DNA of 64,000 nucleotides from Flavipsychrobacter sp. (GCA_965230595.1 OZ246011.1:2901397-2965396), one strand, 5' to 3'; counted from the stretch's first letter, positions 27,530 to 37,735 are shown. Notes: generated by a model from the letters alone, not told the origin. Translations and numbers: made by a program.

Positions 27530-28112
27530 TAGCAGGGGCTTTCCATTTAAAGGTTTTACGATGGTAAGGCGAGCTACCATGAATAACCAGCTGTTTTCTG
27601 TGTGCTATTGTACCATACCCCTTATTCTTATCCCAAGCATACATAGGATACTCCTCATGAGCTGCCGTCATATAGTCATCGCGATAAGTTTTGGCTAGTA
27701 CACTTGCAGCAGCAATAGAGGCATATTTACCATCACCTTTTACTACACACTCATGTGCTATACCCAAGTAGGGTGTAAATCTATTGCCATCTATCAGTAA
27801 AAGATCCGGCCTTACAGATAAATTATCTATGGCCACATGCATGGCCTTGAAAGAAGCTTTTAGAATATTGATCTCATCTATCTCTTCCTGTCCAATGGAG
27901 GCCACATGCCAAGCCAAAGCATGTTCTTCTATATAAGCCCTCAACTCTATTCGCTCCTTCTCCGTTAGCTGCTTACTATCATTCAGTAGTTCGTGATAAA
28001 AGTCAGGCGATAGAATAACCGCTGCCGCAAATACAGGACCCGCTAAACAACCTCTACCGGCCTCGTCACAGCCCGCCTCAATAATGCCCTTTTTGAAATA
28101 GCTTTTAAGCAT
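27522..28112 (-). CDS. rnhB: Ribonuclease HII
   Basis: GCDEAGRGCLAGPV active site and SIAAASVLAK. The 3' end overlaps the convergent kinase gene by 8 nt. Confidence 0.92.
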   Translation of the reverse strand: MLKSYFKKGIIEAGCDEAGRGCLAGPVFAAAVILSPDFYHELLNDSKQLTEKERIELRAYIEEHALAWHVASIGQEEIDEINILKASFKAMHVAIDNLSVRPDLLLIDGNRFTPYLGIAHECVVKGDGKYASIAAASVLAKTYRDDYMTAAHEEYPMYAWDKNKGYGTIAHRKQLVIHGSSPYHRKTFKWKAPATK

Positions 28113-28126
28113 GATATGCCAAAATA

Positions 28127-28152
28127 TAAAAAAGGCCCTAAAAATAGGGCCC
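28127..28152 (-). terminator. Rho-independent terminator of the 184-aa secreted-protein gene
   Basis: On the minus strand, GGCCCTA-TTTT-TAGGGCC is followed by TTTTTTATATTTT. Confidence 0.7.
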
Positions 28153-28197
28153 TTCTGTATATAAGGGATAAGAGAGAGACTCTTATTTAAAAAATCC

Positions 28198-28752
28198 TTA
28201 GTCTTGAGTAGCCGTGTATACTACATCTACAGTATAAGTACCTGCAGGGTAAGCGAAACCAGGAGTTGCTTTATACTTTACACTGAAAGTTTGGTTACCA
28301 CCACGGTCAGCAGCAGTGATCAAGTCTTGGTTAGAGCTAGTTAAAGTGTTGTAAGCAGAGCTAGAGAAGTTAGCACCGATAGAACCACCAGTATTGTTAG
28401 CAGCTACTTTGATACCTAAAACACCACTTACCGGCATAGTAGGAGCAGGAGAAGTAGAACCACTGTATGAGAAGTTAGCAGCGTTAGTTTTAACTGCTAC
28501 AGTAAAATCTTTGTTAGAACGTACTTTCAATTCTTGAGTTGAAGACTCCACACCGTTAGCATAATCGTTAACAGTAGTGAATGGGATAGTTACGTCAGCA
28601 CCTGTTGCGTTACCGGTTCCAGTGAAGGTAATTTCGATAGCGTTGCTAAGCGCCAGGTTAACCGTTTGAGAAGCAGAGCTGTTAGCGTTTTGAGCGTTAG
28701 CTGCGAAACCTAGAGTTGTAAGAATTGTTGCGAATAATGCGATCTTTTTCAT
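28198..28752 (-). CDS. Secreted Thr/Ala/Asn/Ser-rich protein of unknown function (pilin- or surface-subunit-like)
   Basis: Signal peptide MKKIALFATILTTLGFAANAQ. Predicted all-beta alternation, no Cys, ends YTVDVVYTATQD. It has a strong terminator and a long A/C-rich leader. Confidence 0.6.
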   Translation of the reverse strand: MKKIALFATILTTLGFAANAQNANSSASQTVNLALSNAIEITFTGTGNATGADVTIPFTTVNDYANGVESSTQELKVRSNKDFTVAVKTNAANFSYSGSTSPAPTMPVSGVLGIKVAANNTGGSIGANFSSSAYNTLTSSNQDLITAADRGGNQTFSVKYKATPGFAYPAGTYTVDVVYTATQD

Positions 28753-28924
28753 AATTGTTTGTTTTTGTTAGTTGTTGTTTGTTATTAAAAATTGATTGTT
28801 TAAATACTGTTTGTTTTTGTGTTTGTTCGTTTGATGATGTAAAGATGCGACCGCGATGGATATATGAGAAATAATTGGGTCTTGTTAACTACAGCTTTGC
28901 AACTGGTTAACGACCGATTAACAA

Positions 28925-28953
28925 ACAAAAAAGCCCCGCTAATAGCGGGGCTT
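28925..28953 (-). terminator. Rho-independent terminator of the flavin reductase gene
   Basis: On the minus strand, AAGCCCCGCT-ATT-AGCGGGGCTT (10-bp stem) is followed by TTTTGTTTGT. Confidence 0.8.
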
Positions 28954-28973
28954 AACAAATAACTCTCAATATA

Positions 28974-29852
28974 TTATTTCACCAGTAAGACTTGCCAAGC
29001 GTCAAACAGCTTTCCTTCAGCTATCAGTTCCTTAGCATATTGGTGCAATGCAGTAGTCTTCATATCGTCTTCAGCAGTATGTGCCTTTAGGATATCATTT
29101 AGACGTGTATCTACAAAGTTGGGGTCTTGTGTAGGTATGCTACTACTATTGCCTAGTATGCCCAAATCGTTACCTGTTAGTATACTACTGTTCTTTATAG
29201 CATCCGGCAATGCATCTACACCAATGCCTAACTCTGTATTGGGTTTTGGCACTTCAAAAACAGCATCACCTGAAGCACGGCAATAATAATTACCACCCAT
29301 GCGGGCTACCAAGTCTATTTTATGAGGATCTATCTTACCCTCAGCATCCAACACATCATCATTAATATGCATACATAATACCTCACATATAATAAGGTTG
29401 CCCGCTCCACCTTCTTCACCTGTAGCTACTACTTCATTCACACGACATTCCAGCTGTACCGGCGATTCTTTTACCCTAAATGGTTTTACTATATCAGAAG
29501 GTATTGCCGTTAAACCGCTTTTCTTAAACTCGTCTACCCCCTCAGGATATTCACAACTCGCCAAGCTCATTTGTTGTACAATATCATAGTTGACCACATT
29601 GATCACTACTTCTTCGGTAGCCTGTGCATTTTGTAAAGTGTGTTTAATGGTATTGTTGCGCACACGCCTTGCCGGAGAAAATATCAGTATAGGTGGCTTA
29701 CTACCGAAAACATTGAAAAAGCTGAAAGGAGAAAGGTTAGGATTGCCGTCCTCATCAATAGTGCTGGCAAAACATATAGGCCTTGGCGCTACAGAACCCA
29801 ATAGATAACTATGTAATAAACCCGTTTTGATCTCTCCAGGTACGATCTTCAT
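28974..29852 (-). CDS. Flavin reductase-like (FMN-binding split-barrel) protein with C-terminal extension
   Basis: LLGSVAPRPICFASTIDEDGNPNLSPFSFFN is typical of the flavin_reduct domain. About 100 extra C-terminal residues. Confidence 0.75.
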   Translation of the reverse strand: MKIVPGEIKTGLLHSYLLGSVAPRPICFASTIDEDGNPNLSPFSFFNVFGSKPPILIFSPARRVRNNTIKHTLQNAQATEEVVINVVNYDIVQQMSLASCEYPEGVDEFKKSGLTAIPSDIVKPFRVKESPVQLECRVNEVVATGEEGGAGNLIICEVLCMHINDDVLDAEGKIDPHKIDLVARMGGNYYCRASGDAVFEVPKPNTELGIGVDALPDAIKNSSILTGNDLGILGNSSSIPTQDPNFVDTRLNDILKAHTAEDDMKTTALHQYAKELIAEGKLFDAWQVLLVK

Positions 29853-29934
29853 ATTACTTTACTTTTTAAAAAGGTTGGACTACAAAGTAACAATCAAAAA
29901 GGGGATAATCACATAGCAGTTGCTGATATAGATA

Positions 29935-29971
29935 TAAAAAAGAATCGCAGCGAATTAATATACGCTGCGAT
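29935..29971 (-). terminator. Rho-independent terminator downstream of the DUF2911 gene
   Basis: On the minus strand, ATCGCAGCG-(10 nt)-CGCTGCGAT is followed by TCTTTTTTAT. Confidence 0.6.
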
Positions 29972-30116
29972 CTTTGCCGTTTACCTATGTTTACTCCTAT
30001 GCTCTCAGGAATATGCTTCAATTAAGAAGCTGATGTAAAAGTAAGACGCCAATACTGACATGAGAACTGAAATAAGACGAAACGGGAAATTAGATAGATG
30101 AACTAGGACAGACTAA

Positions 30117-30626
30117 CTAAGGGTTAATAATCCTGTAAGGAATACATACACCTGTATTATCCCATTCTATACGTACAGAAGAGCTGTTAATAGTGAAAAT
30201 GAGCTTTTCAATTTCTTTATCTACTGTATATGACGGCACATTAATATTCAGCACATCTTTTAATCGATACTTCTCATACTCATAAGCACCCCATTGCCCT
30301 AGCTGGCCATTAATGATAATATCCCAATCTTTCTCTCGGGGCAAAGTAAATAGCGTGTATGTTCCGGCTTTTATTAGCTTGCCGCCAAACTCACAATCTT
30401 TCAGGAAAGTAATTTCTGTAGCTTCATTAGCACCTGTACGCCATACGGAGTCATAAGGAACAAGGTTGCCAAATATCACCCTGCCTCTTTTTGATGGTTG
30501 GCCATAGGTCACCTCAATATGCTCCCCTTTAGCATAAGCCTTAGGGCTAAGCAGCTTTTTTTCTTGCCCTAGCGCTACTGATGCGCTAAGAAAGAGTGCC
30601 ATAAATAAGGTGATCAAATACTTCAT
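30117..30626 (-). CDS. DUF2911 domain secreted protein
   Basis: Signal peptide plus the block LVPYDSVWRTGANEATEITF...AGTYTLFT, which is characteristic of DUF2911 as I recall it. Confidence 0.7.
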   Translation of the reverse strand: MKYLITLFMALFLSASVALGQEKKLLSPKAYAKGEHIEVTYGQPSKRGRVIFGNLVPYDSVWRTGANEATEITFLKDCEFGGKLIKAGTYTLFTLPREKDWDIIINGQLGQWGAYEYEKYRLKDVLNINVPSYTVDKEIEKLIFTINSSSVRIEWDNTGVCIPYRIINP

Positions 30627-30703
30627 TGCACTAGTACATGCTAATAACTCAAAGTTATTGCATTTAGTGTATTAAGCGTAATAATGCACTGAAAAAAGAG
30701 GTA

Positions 30704-32098
30704 TTACTCTACAGACTCATATTTTTTAACATAAAGCTCCAAGCCAGGCTTGTCTATAGTAACGTATGCTGTCTTTTCACCAAAGAGGTTAATGATATGG
30801 TCATCCTTCAAGCGCTGTGATAAGGTAGCTCTGGCAATGTAGATACCCGGCTTAACGTCATTGGCCACAAAGGTAGAGGTATCATCTTCATGCTTCTTAG
30901 CCGGTATAATGTCTTTACCGTTCACATTATGCAGTGTTACTATTGCCTTGCTAAAGCCTTTTCTTTGCAGCTCATCACGCTCTTCATCAAACAAACCACT
31001 AAAGTCTAACTTAAGATCTATATCTACCTCACCAATTTCCGATTCATCTCCTTTTTTCTTTTCTTCCTCTACAGGTGGCATATAGTTACTATCCATCTCT
31101 CTTAGTATCTCTTCATCGGTCACACGTTTTTCTTCAGCCTTTACTGTTTTAGAACTTGTAGTAGCCGTAGTTACTACTTTGGGTTGCTCTTCTTTTACGA
31201 CCACTGTATGAGCTTTTGCCGGGGTGGTTACTTCTGCGTGCGCTTGCTTTATGTTACCCGACGGTAGCAATAGCTGCTTGAGCTTATCCATAAAGCCCAT
31301 GACCCTACCTGAATACAGTCCTGCTACAAAGGCAAACACGATAACACCTTCATTAGCATCTATATTGAGTGTCGTATCATTTTTAAAATAGCTATACGCC
31401 AGTACAATGATGATAGCGGAGAATGGTGCATAGAAGATCTTTGCTACCTGATAGATGATCTCATTAGAATTAAAGCCACCTGACCTTCTTACCACATTAC
31501 CTATTGCAAATAACAAACTACAGATCACACCTATGATGACCCAGAATATGATCTCACCATATACCAATGGACCCGTCAACCAAAAGAACGATCGTACTTT
31601 CAACTTATAATCTGCCAGAAAAATACCTACCTCTTCAGGGCCAAAGGTCTTAATGTATTCAGCGACTGTTGCCAGTTGCTCTGCTGATACTTCCTCGTCA
31701 AATTCACCTCTTATGTATAAGAGTACTTTTTCGGTTCTACAATCCAAGTCGCAGCTTGTAGTTACTATATTATTGTCGGCTCTGTACTTTTTTGGCGGAG
31801 GTGTAGATTCAGATAAAGGATAAGTTTCTTCAGTAGTAATATCGGATGTTTCTTCAGCAACATTAATAGGCAGCACAGAAGACTCGGTAGTCAATATAGT
31901 ATTGATCTGCCTGATCTGTGTTTTATCAAAATGCACATACTCATAGCCTTTATACTCCGGCAGGTTATGTACAAAAAGATAGACAACAACCCATACCACT
32001 AGTGTTACGCTTAAGAAGGCAAACCATCTTTTAGCATTCCAAAAACTAGCATTAAATGGGGTAGTCGAGCTCACCTTTTCAGATGAATTGGTTACCAT
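30704..32098 (-). CDS. Hypothetical multi-TM protein with charged linker and C-terminal beta-rich domain
   Basis: One N-terminal TM helix (FAFLSVTLVVWVVVYLFV), a ~150-aa exposed segment, three or four more TM helices (aa ~175-265), a T/K/E/V-rich linker, and a ~110-aa C-terminal domain. No recognisable motif. Confidence 0.55.
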   Translation of the reverse strand: MVTNSSEKVSSTTPFNASFWNAKRWFAFLSVTLVVWVVVYLFVHNLPEYKGYEYVHFDKTQIRQINTILTTESSVLPINVAEETSDITTEETYPLSESTPPPKKYRADNNIVTTSCDLDCRTEKVLLYIRGEFDEEVSAEQLATVAEYIKTFGPEEVGIFLADYKLKVRSFFWLTGPLVYGEIIFWVIIGVICSLLFAIGNVVRRSGGFNSNEIIYQVAKIFYAPFSAIIIVLAYSYFKNDTTLNIDANEGVIVFAFVAGLYSGRVMGFMDKLKQLLLPSGNIKQAHAEVTTPAKAHTVVVKEEQPKVVTTATTSSKTVKAEEKRVTDEEILREMDSNYMPPVEEEKKKGDESEIGEVDIDLKLDFSGLFDEERDELQRKGFSKAIVTLHNVNGKDIIPAKKHEDDTSTFVANDVKPGIYIARATLSQRLKDDHIINLFGEKTAYVTIDKPGLELYVKKYESVE

Positions 32099-32434
32099 TA
32101 GTGTTGTTTTAGAGATTAATCAGTTTCTGATTTCTCCTTATGTCTCTATATGCGGAAAGTAAGTCTGTAAAACAAAGTACAATATACAACAGTTATTTGT
32201 AACCGCCTATACTTAGCACAGACCTAGGATATACAAAATTAGACTAATATTTCTATTGACCAAAAAATATCTAAAATATAGCCATTGTGGAGCATTTTGG
32301 CATATCTGTCAATATCTTATGAATAACCATATATCAAAATGTTTATAACATGTGTATTTCACTTTACAATAACATTGTCATAATCTTTTCGTAACAACTA
32401 TATGGGTAACTTTAATATAACTAAAATTATATTC

Positions 32435-32908
32435 ATGATTTGGCGCACATTTAACGGAAAAGAGTTAACCGTTCCCGTCTACAAGGCAGTAGAAAATGCG
32501 ATCATCAGAGAGACAAAAGCCGGCTACAATCTTAAAGTGTGCATTGGTACCGACTCTCAGGTAAGAGGCAAGGAAACAGAATTTGCCACCGTAATTGTAT
32601 TTCTTAGAGAGCATCATGGCGGTTTTATGTTCATACAAAACGATAAGACCTTACACAAGTACAGTATTAAAGAGCGTATGCTGGTAGAAGTAGGTAAAAG
32701 TATTGAAATAGCTTACGAACTATGCGACCTGTTTACCAAATACGATGTAGACATGGAAATACATGCCGACATTAATACCAACCCTCAGTTTAAAAGTAAT
32801 GAGGCCTTAAGAGAGGCTACTGGTTACATTTTGGGTATGGGCTTTGCCTTCAAAGCAAAACCTGACGCCTTTGCCAGCACCAGCTGTGCTAATAAGATCG
32901 TGAACTAA
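32435..32908 (+). CDS. YkuK-like (DUF458) RNase H-fold protein
   Basis: The VCIGTDSQV...FATVIVF block matches the IGTDSQ signature I recall for the YkuK family. Start moved to ATG 32435. Confidence 0.6.
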   Translation: MIWRTFNGKELTVPVYKAVENAIIRETKAGYNLKVCIGTDSQVRGKETEFATVIVFLREHHGGFMFIQNDKTLHKYSIKERMLVEVGKSIEIAYELCDLFTKYDVDMEIHADINTNPQFKSNEALREATGYILGMGFAFKAKPDAFASTSCANKIVN

Positions 32909-33111
32909 GACTGTTCCCGTATCTGCTCCCATCTACACTTATTTTAGGTGTTTTATCATCTAAAAGCCACTTTATCCCCCAAACATTAGCGAATTAACCA
33001 TTTTTAATGGTTGAAATAGTGCCTGAAACCACACGTTTAGCATTATTTGCCCGTCTATTTATTAGCAAAATAACTTACATTTATCTAAGGTTGAGGCAAT
33101 TAAAAAGGGTT

Positions 33112-36100
33112 ATGATCATGACGCTAAGGCATTTTATTCATTTTATACTACTATTTCTACCTATATCACTATGTGCGCACCCTAATATTCAGCCACTTGA
33201 GTTTGTAAAAAATGATGGCCAGTGGGATGGTCCTTTCCTCTATAAAATAGCTGCAGGCAATGTCAATGTATTTCTGGAGAACAATAGGATCACCTATCAC
33301 ATAGGTGCTATAGATAATGCATCAAAACTACACGACTACCATCACGGAAAACTGGAAAAAGAACCTACTTTATACTATCATACCTACCGTGTTAACATTT
33401 TGGGTATGAACCCTGAACCTGAAGTAATAGGTACTAAACCGCAACAGCACTATTATAACTACTACCTGGGCAATAACCCCGATAAATGGAAAGCAGGTAT
33501 ACACCCTAACCTTGCTGTAGACTATAAGCAAGTTTATAAAAATATCGACTTGCATTTTGCTTCTGAAAACACGCGTTTAAAGTATGATTTTATAGTATAC
33601 CCGGGAGGAGACGCCGATAATATACAATTACAATACGAAGGGGCTGATGACGTAACGCTTCACAAAGGCAAGCTGGTGATCACTACTTCAGTTGGCAATG
33701 TAGAAGAGTTGGCACCGTATGCGTATCAATATATTGACGGTATGCGTCATGAGGTAACGTGTAAGTATAAGCTAAAAGATGGCATTGTAACTTACCACTT
33801 CCCAAAAGGTTATAATCATAACGCCAACCTCATCATTGACCCTACTGTAGTATTTTCTACGTATACAGGCTCTACATCAGACAACTGGGGCTTTGCGGCC
33901 ACATACGATGATGATGGCGCTTTCTACGCAGGTGGCGCTACCAATGGTGGTGGCTACCCTAGCACAACAGGTGCCACCTTCCAAGGTGGTGGCTCGGGTG
34001 GAGGAAACACTACCTTTCAGTGCGACTATGCGATCACTAAGTTCAATGCCGCAGGTACTGCCAGAGTATATTCTACCTACGTAGGTGGTAGTGATAACGA
34101 CCAACCACAGAGTATGGTGGTGATGGATAGCACCGTGGGGGGTAATACGGTATATAAACTGGCCATAGTGGGTCGTACCTATTCAAATAACTTTCCAAAT
34201 GTTGGCGTGGTCTACGATAATTCTTACAATGGAGGGGCAGACTTGGCCGTAACCATATTAGAGCCTAATGGACAATTAGCCCGGTCAACATTCATCGGCG
34301 GATCTGGCGATGATGGGGTTAATATTACCTCCTTATATAATACAGTTAACTCTCTTAAACATAGCTACGGCGATGAGGCTCGAAGCGAGATCATTGTAGA
34401 TGCACAACAAAACTTATATGTAGCCTCTTGTACCAAATCCAACAACTTCCCTTTGGCCAATGCCTCACAAAGTTCTTTATCAGGCACGCAAGATGCCGTT
34501 ATTTTCAAGTTAGATAAAAGCTTAAGCAACCTATTGTGGAGTACATACCTGGGAGGTACGGGCAATGATGCCGCCTATGTATTATCATTAAACAATAGTG
34601 GCAGTCACCTATTCGTATCGGGTGGTACTGCCAGTAACAACTTCCCTTTTACAGGCGGTACTTTATGGGGCAGCTATCAAGGAGGGGCAGCTGATGGTTT
34701 TATAGCCAAATTTCAAAACAGCGGTAGCTATCCCAGGCAAATAGCCACGGCTATAGGTCGTGCAGGTTACGATCAATGTTTTGGTATACAAGTAGATAAT
34801 GAGAACAGTGTATATGCTATGGGGCAAACGCTGGGTGGTACTTTCCCCGTATCGGCAGGGGTGTTTAATAATGCAGGCTCCAGCCAGTTCGTTATTAAGT
34901 TAGACAGTAACCTCAGCACCAATGTTTTCTCTACCGTATTTGGTTCGGGTACTTCCACTACTGTAAACATATCGCCCGTAGCTTTCTTGGTAGATACTTG
35001 TCAAAACATATATATATCCGGCTGGGGTGGTAACACTTCACTAAGCGGCGGTAACAATGCTAACATGCCTACTAACCTGGGCACTCCTGCACCTGCCTTG
35101 CTTAGAGCAACCAACCCTAACGGTAATGGCTTTTACTTCATTGTATTGTCTAAAGATGCGGTAGCCTTATTATTTGGTGGTTATTTTGGAGACCCTAGCG
35201 GTATTGCCCATGTAGATGGTGGTACGAGTCGCTTTAGTGAAAATGGGGTCATCTATCAAGCCATATGCGGTGGTTGCTCTAATGGTACAACACCAACTAA
35301 CGACCCAACTACAACCGGCGTAGTTGCTCCTACCCGACTTGGAAATAACTGTAATCTGCTGGCACTAAAAATAGCCTTCAACCTAGGTGCTGTAGAGGCC
35401 ATAGCAGCGGCTAACCCAAGTACGAATATATGTATTGGTGAAACAGTACAGTTCTCCAACAACTCTGCAAATGCCACTTCTTATGAATGGGACTTTGGAG
35501 ATGGTAGCCCAATAAGTACACAAACTGCACCTACACACGTGTATAATAATGCAGGTAGCTTTACCGTACGACTAATAGCGCGTAACCCTAATGCCTGCTT
35601 TACCGTAGATACTACTACGCTGACCATAGTGGTAGACACCAACTCTATTGATGCTGACTTTGACGTAATGGTCACCGATAGTTGTGACCCTTTCATAGCT
35701 ACCTTTACTAATACTTCAAAATATGGAAACGTGCCCGGTAATGCTACGCTTACCTGGAATTTTGGGGATGGCTCAAACTTCACCGGAAATACACCTCCGG
35801 CTCATAGTTATTCACAGAAAGGAACATATACCATCACATTAACAATGTCTGACCCTAGCTCTTGTAACAAGGTAGATAGCATCAGCAAAACCATTTCATT
35901 CAATAACATTTTGGTGAAAGCTGATATGGAAGCGCCCAACCTGATTTGTGAGAATACGATGGTCAACTTTTTAGATAAGTCGGAAAATGCTACGGCTTAT
36001 ACATGGAACTTTGGAGATGGCAATACTTCTACCGATCCTAACCCATACCATCTTTATGATAGTACGGGCAAGTATACCATTGTATTTTATGCCTCTAACC

Positions 36101-36672
36101 CTAACTCTTGTAACAAAACAGATACACTAACCAGAGAAATAACGGTTAGCCCGGTACCGCAAGCCAACTTTGTACATGCACCCGTAATTCCTGAAACAAA
36201 CGAACCGGTGAACTTCACCAACAGGTCGATAGGAGCTGATAAATACTATTGGAACTTTGGCGACGGTACAGGCAGCGAAAAAGAAACTCCTGACCCACAC
36301 TACTATAAAAAGACAGGCAACTACACCGTATGTTTGGTAGCGGCAACCTTAGAAGGCTGCTTGGATACCCTATGTAAAAAGGTAGATGCTGACGTGTTCC
36401 CACTAGCTGATGTACCAACTGCATTTTCTCCTAATGGAGACGGCAATAACGATATACTAAGAGTTCGTGGCTCAGGTATTGAAACCATAAACTTGCGTAT
36501 ATTCAACAGATGGGGAGAGCTGGTATTTGAAACTAACGATGAGCATACCGGATGGGATGGTAATTATAACAATAAAGAACAACCTGTAGATGCCTATGCC
36601 TATGTCCTGAACGTCTCATTTGTTGATGGCTCTACATTGTATAAGAAAGGTAACGTGACACTGATACGATAG
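33112..36672 (+). CDS. Large T9SS type-B cargo: beta-propeller (SBBP-like) repeats, 4 PKD domains, gliding-motility C-terminal sorting domain
   Basis: Signal peptide from ATG 33112 (MIMTLRHFIHFILLFLPISLCA). Repeated ...STY.GG.G.D... and NNFP units, then four W(D/N)FGDG PKD units. The C-terminus FSPNGDGNNDILRVRG...IFNRWGELVFE...GWDG...YAYVL matches the TIGR04131-like type-B CTD. Confidence 0.85.
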   Translation: MIMTLRHFIHFILLFLPISLCAHPNIQPLEFVKNDGQWDGPFLYKIAAGNVNVFLENNRITYHIGAIDNASKLHDYHHGKLEKEPTLYYHTYRVNILGMNPEPEVIGTKPQQHYYNYYLGNNPDKWKAGIHPNLAVDYKQVYKNIDLHFASENTRLKYDFIVYPGGDADNIQLQYEGADDVTLHKGKLVITTSVGNVEELAPYAYQYIDGMRHEVTCKYKLKDGIVTYHFPKGYNHNANLIIDPTVVFSTYTGSTSDNWGFAATYDDDGAFYAGGATNGGGYPSTTGATFQGGGSGGGNTTFQCDYAITKFNAAGTARVYSTYVGGSDNDQPQSMVVMDSTVGGNTVYKLAIVGRTYSNNFPNVGVVYDNSYNGGADLAVTILEPNGQLARSTFIGGSGDDGVNITSLYNTVNSLKHSYGDEARSEIIVDAQQNLYVASCTKSNNFPLANASQSSLSGTQDAVIFKLDKSLSNLLWSTYLGGTGNDAAYVLSLNNSGSHLFVSGGTASNNFPFTGGTLWGSYQGGAADGFIAKFQNSGSYPRQIATAIGRAGYDQCFGIQVDNENSVYAMGQTLGGTFPVSAGVFNNAGSSQFVIKLDSNLSTNVFSTVFGSGTSTTVNISPVAFLVDTCQNIYISGWGGNTSLSGGNNANMPTNLGTPAPALLRATNPNGNGFYFIVLSKDAVALLFGGYFGDPSGIAHVDGGTSRFSENGVIYQAICGGCSNGTTPTNDPTTTGVVAPTRLGNNCNLLALKIAFNLGAVEAIAAANPSTNICIGETVQFSNNSANATSYEWDFGDGSPISTQTAPTHVYNNAGSFTVRLIARNPNACFTVDTTTLTIVVDTNSIDADFDVMVTDSCDPFIATFTNTSKYGNVPGNATLTWNFGDGSNFTGNTPPAHSYSQKGTYTITLTMSDPSSCNKVDSISKTISFNNILVKADMEAPNLICENTMVNFLDKSENATAYTWNFGDGNTSTDPNPYHLYDSTGKYTIVFYASNPNSCNKTDTLTREITVSPVPQANFVHAPVIPETNEPVNFTNRSIGADKYYWNFGDGTGSEKETPDPHYYKKTGNYTVCLVAATLEGCLDTLCKKVDADVFPLADVPTAFSPNGDGNNDILRVRGSGIETINLRIFNRWGELVFETNDEHTGWDGNYNNKEQPVDAYAYVLNVSFVDGSTLYKKGNVTLIR
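35425..36395 (+). repeat. Four tandem PKD-domain coding repeats
   Basis: TGG(G/A)A(C/T)TTTGG(A/G/C)GA(T/C)GG cores start at 35488, 35756, 36004 and 36250, a period of about 246-268 nt. Confidence 0.85.
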
Positions 36673-36674
36673 GT

Positions 36675-37700
36675 ATGACGAAAAGAATATTCAATTACAT
36701 ATTAACCTCATGCATGGCACTCCTAGTAAATAGTAGTGTTAACGCTCAAGGCTTGCATTATTCTCAATATTATAATGCACCCCTACTGCTCAACCCTGCT
36801 AATACAGCATTGATGAACGAGGCCGACTATCGTGTTGGAGCAAACTTCCGTAACCAATGGGCGCAGCTACCTGTACCTTACAAAACTATGTCCGGCTTTG
36901 CTGATTTCTCTATTGCTAAAAATGAGAACCTGACCAACTGGCTAGGGTTGGGTGTGGCATTTTTTAATGATAAAGCGGGAGACGGGGAGTTAACACTCAA
37001 TAGAATTGAAGCTTCCATAGCCTACCATATACTATTAGGAGAAACCAGCATGCTATCAGTGGGTATGTCAGGTGCATCCAACCAAAGAAGTATAGACTTT
37101 AATAAGCTGAGTTTTGACAGCCAATGGGATGGTTTCCAGTTTGATAAAGGGCTGAATAATGGTGAGCCTCAAACCGTTGCTGAGACCAACTATATTGACG
37201 TAAATGCAGGTATCAACTATGCATTATTCCCCAATGAGTATACCTATATTAAAATAGGTGTAGGCCTGGCACATATCAACCAGCCCACAGAAAGCTTTCT
37301 TGGCCAAACCAACCAAGTAAAAATGCGACCTACAGGTAACTTTGATGCCTTGTTTATTCTCAACGAATCGCTCATGCTCAATCCTTCCATTTACTATACC
37401 AGGCAGGGTACGGCTCAAGAACTGGTGTACGGTACCTCGTTCCGTTTCTTTGTTTCGGGTGACGATCACGGCTCTACAGACCTGATAATTGGGGTGTACA
37501 ACAGATGGGAGGAAGCCATAGTACCTGTATTTGGGGTGCAATGGAATGGCTTAAAGGTCATGGCTAGTTATGATTTTACCATCTCTAAGCTAAGCCCTGA
37601 TGTAAATGGCAGAGGCGCTATAGAGTTTGGGTTGATCTACCAAGGTGGCTACAACGGTAGCCCTTTTGGTGCTAAGACTATTGACTGTCCGCGCTTTTAA
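36675..37700 (+). CDS. PorP/SprF family type IX secretion membrane protein
   Basis: Signal peptide, then the hallmark HYSQYYNAPLLLNPANTA. About 340 aa beta-barrel, located immediately after a type-B CTD cargo gene. Confidence 0.85.
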   Translation: MTKRIFNYILTSCMALLVNSSVNAQGLHYSQYYNAPLLLNPANTALMNEADYRVGANFRNQWAQLPVPYKTMSGFADFSIAKNENLTNWLGLGVAFFNDKAGDGELTLNRIEASIAYHILLGETSMLSVGMSGASNQRSIDFNKLSFDSQWDGFQFDKGLNNGEPQTVAETNYIDVNAGINYALFPNEYTYIKIGVGLAHINQPTESFLGQTNQVKMRPTGNFDALFILNESLMLNPSIYYTRQGTAQELVYGTSFRFFVSGDDHGSTDLIIGVYNRWEEAIVPVFGVQWNGLKVMASYDFTISKLSPDVNGRGAIEFGLIYQGGYNGSPFGAKTIDCPRF

Positions 37701-37735
37701 CAAAAAATTACCTGTGAAATCAGCCTTTTGGTTAT

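Noticed and set aside
28753-28860. T/G-rich reiterated motifs (TGTTTGTTTTTGT variants), considered as a repeat array or CRISPR
   Set aside because: The motifs are short, degenerate and contiguous, without unique spacers. They read as the A/C-rich 5' leader of the minus-strand 184-aa gene.
33007-33111. N-terminal extensions offered by the track (33007 cargo, 19767 DUF4139 paralog 2, 52428 M28 peptidase, 48623 asd, 62064 nuoG, 25118 yicC)
   Set aside because: In each case an internal ATG yields a canonical signal peptide or the conserved family N-terminus. The upstream extension also overlaps a neighbouring gene or promoter.
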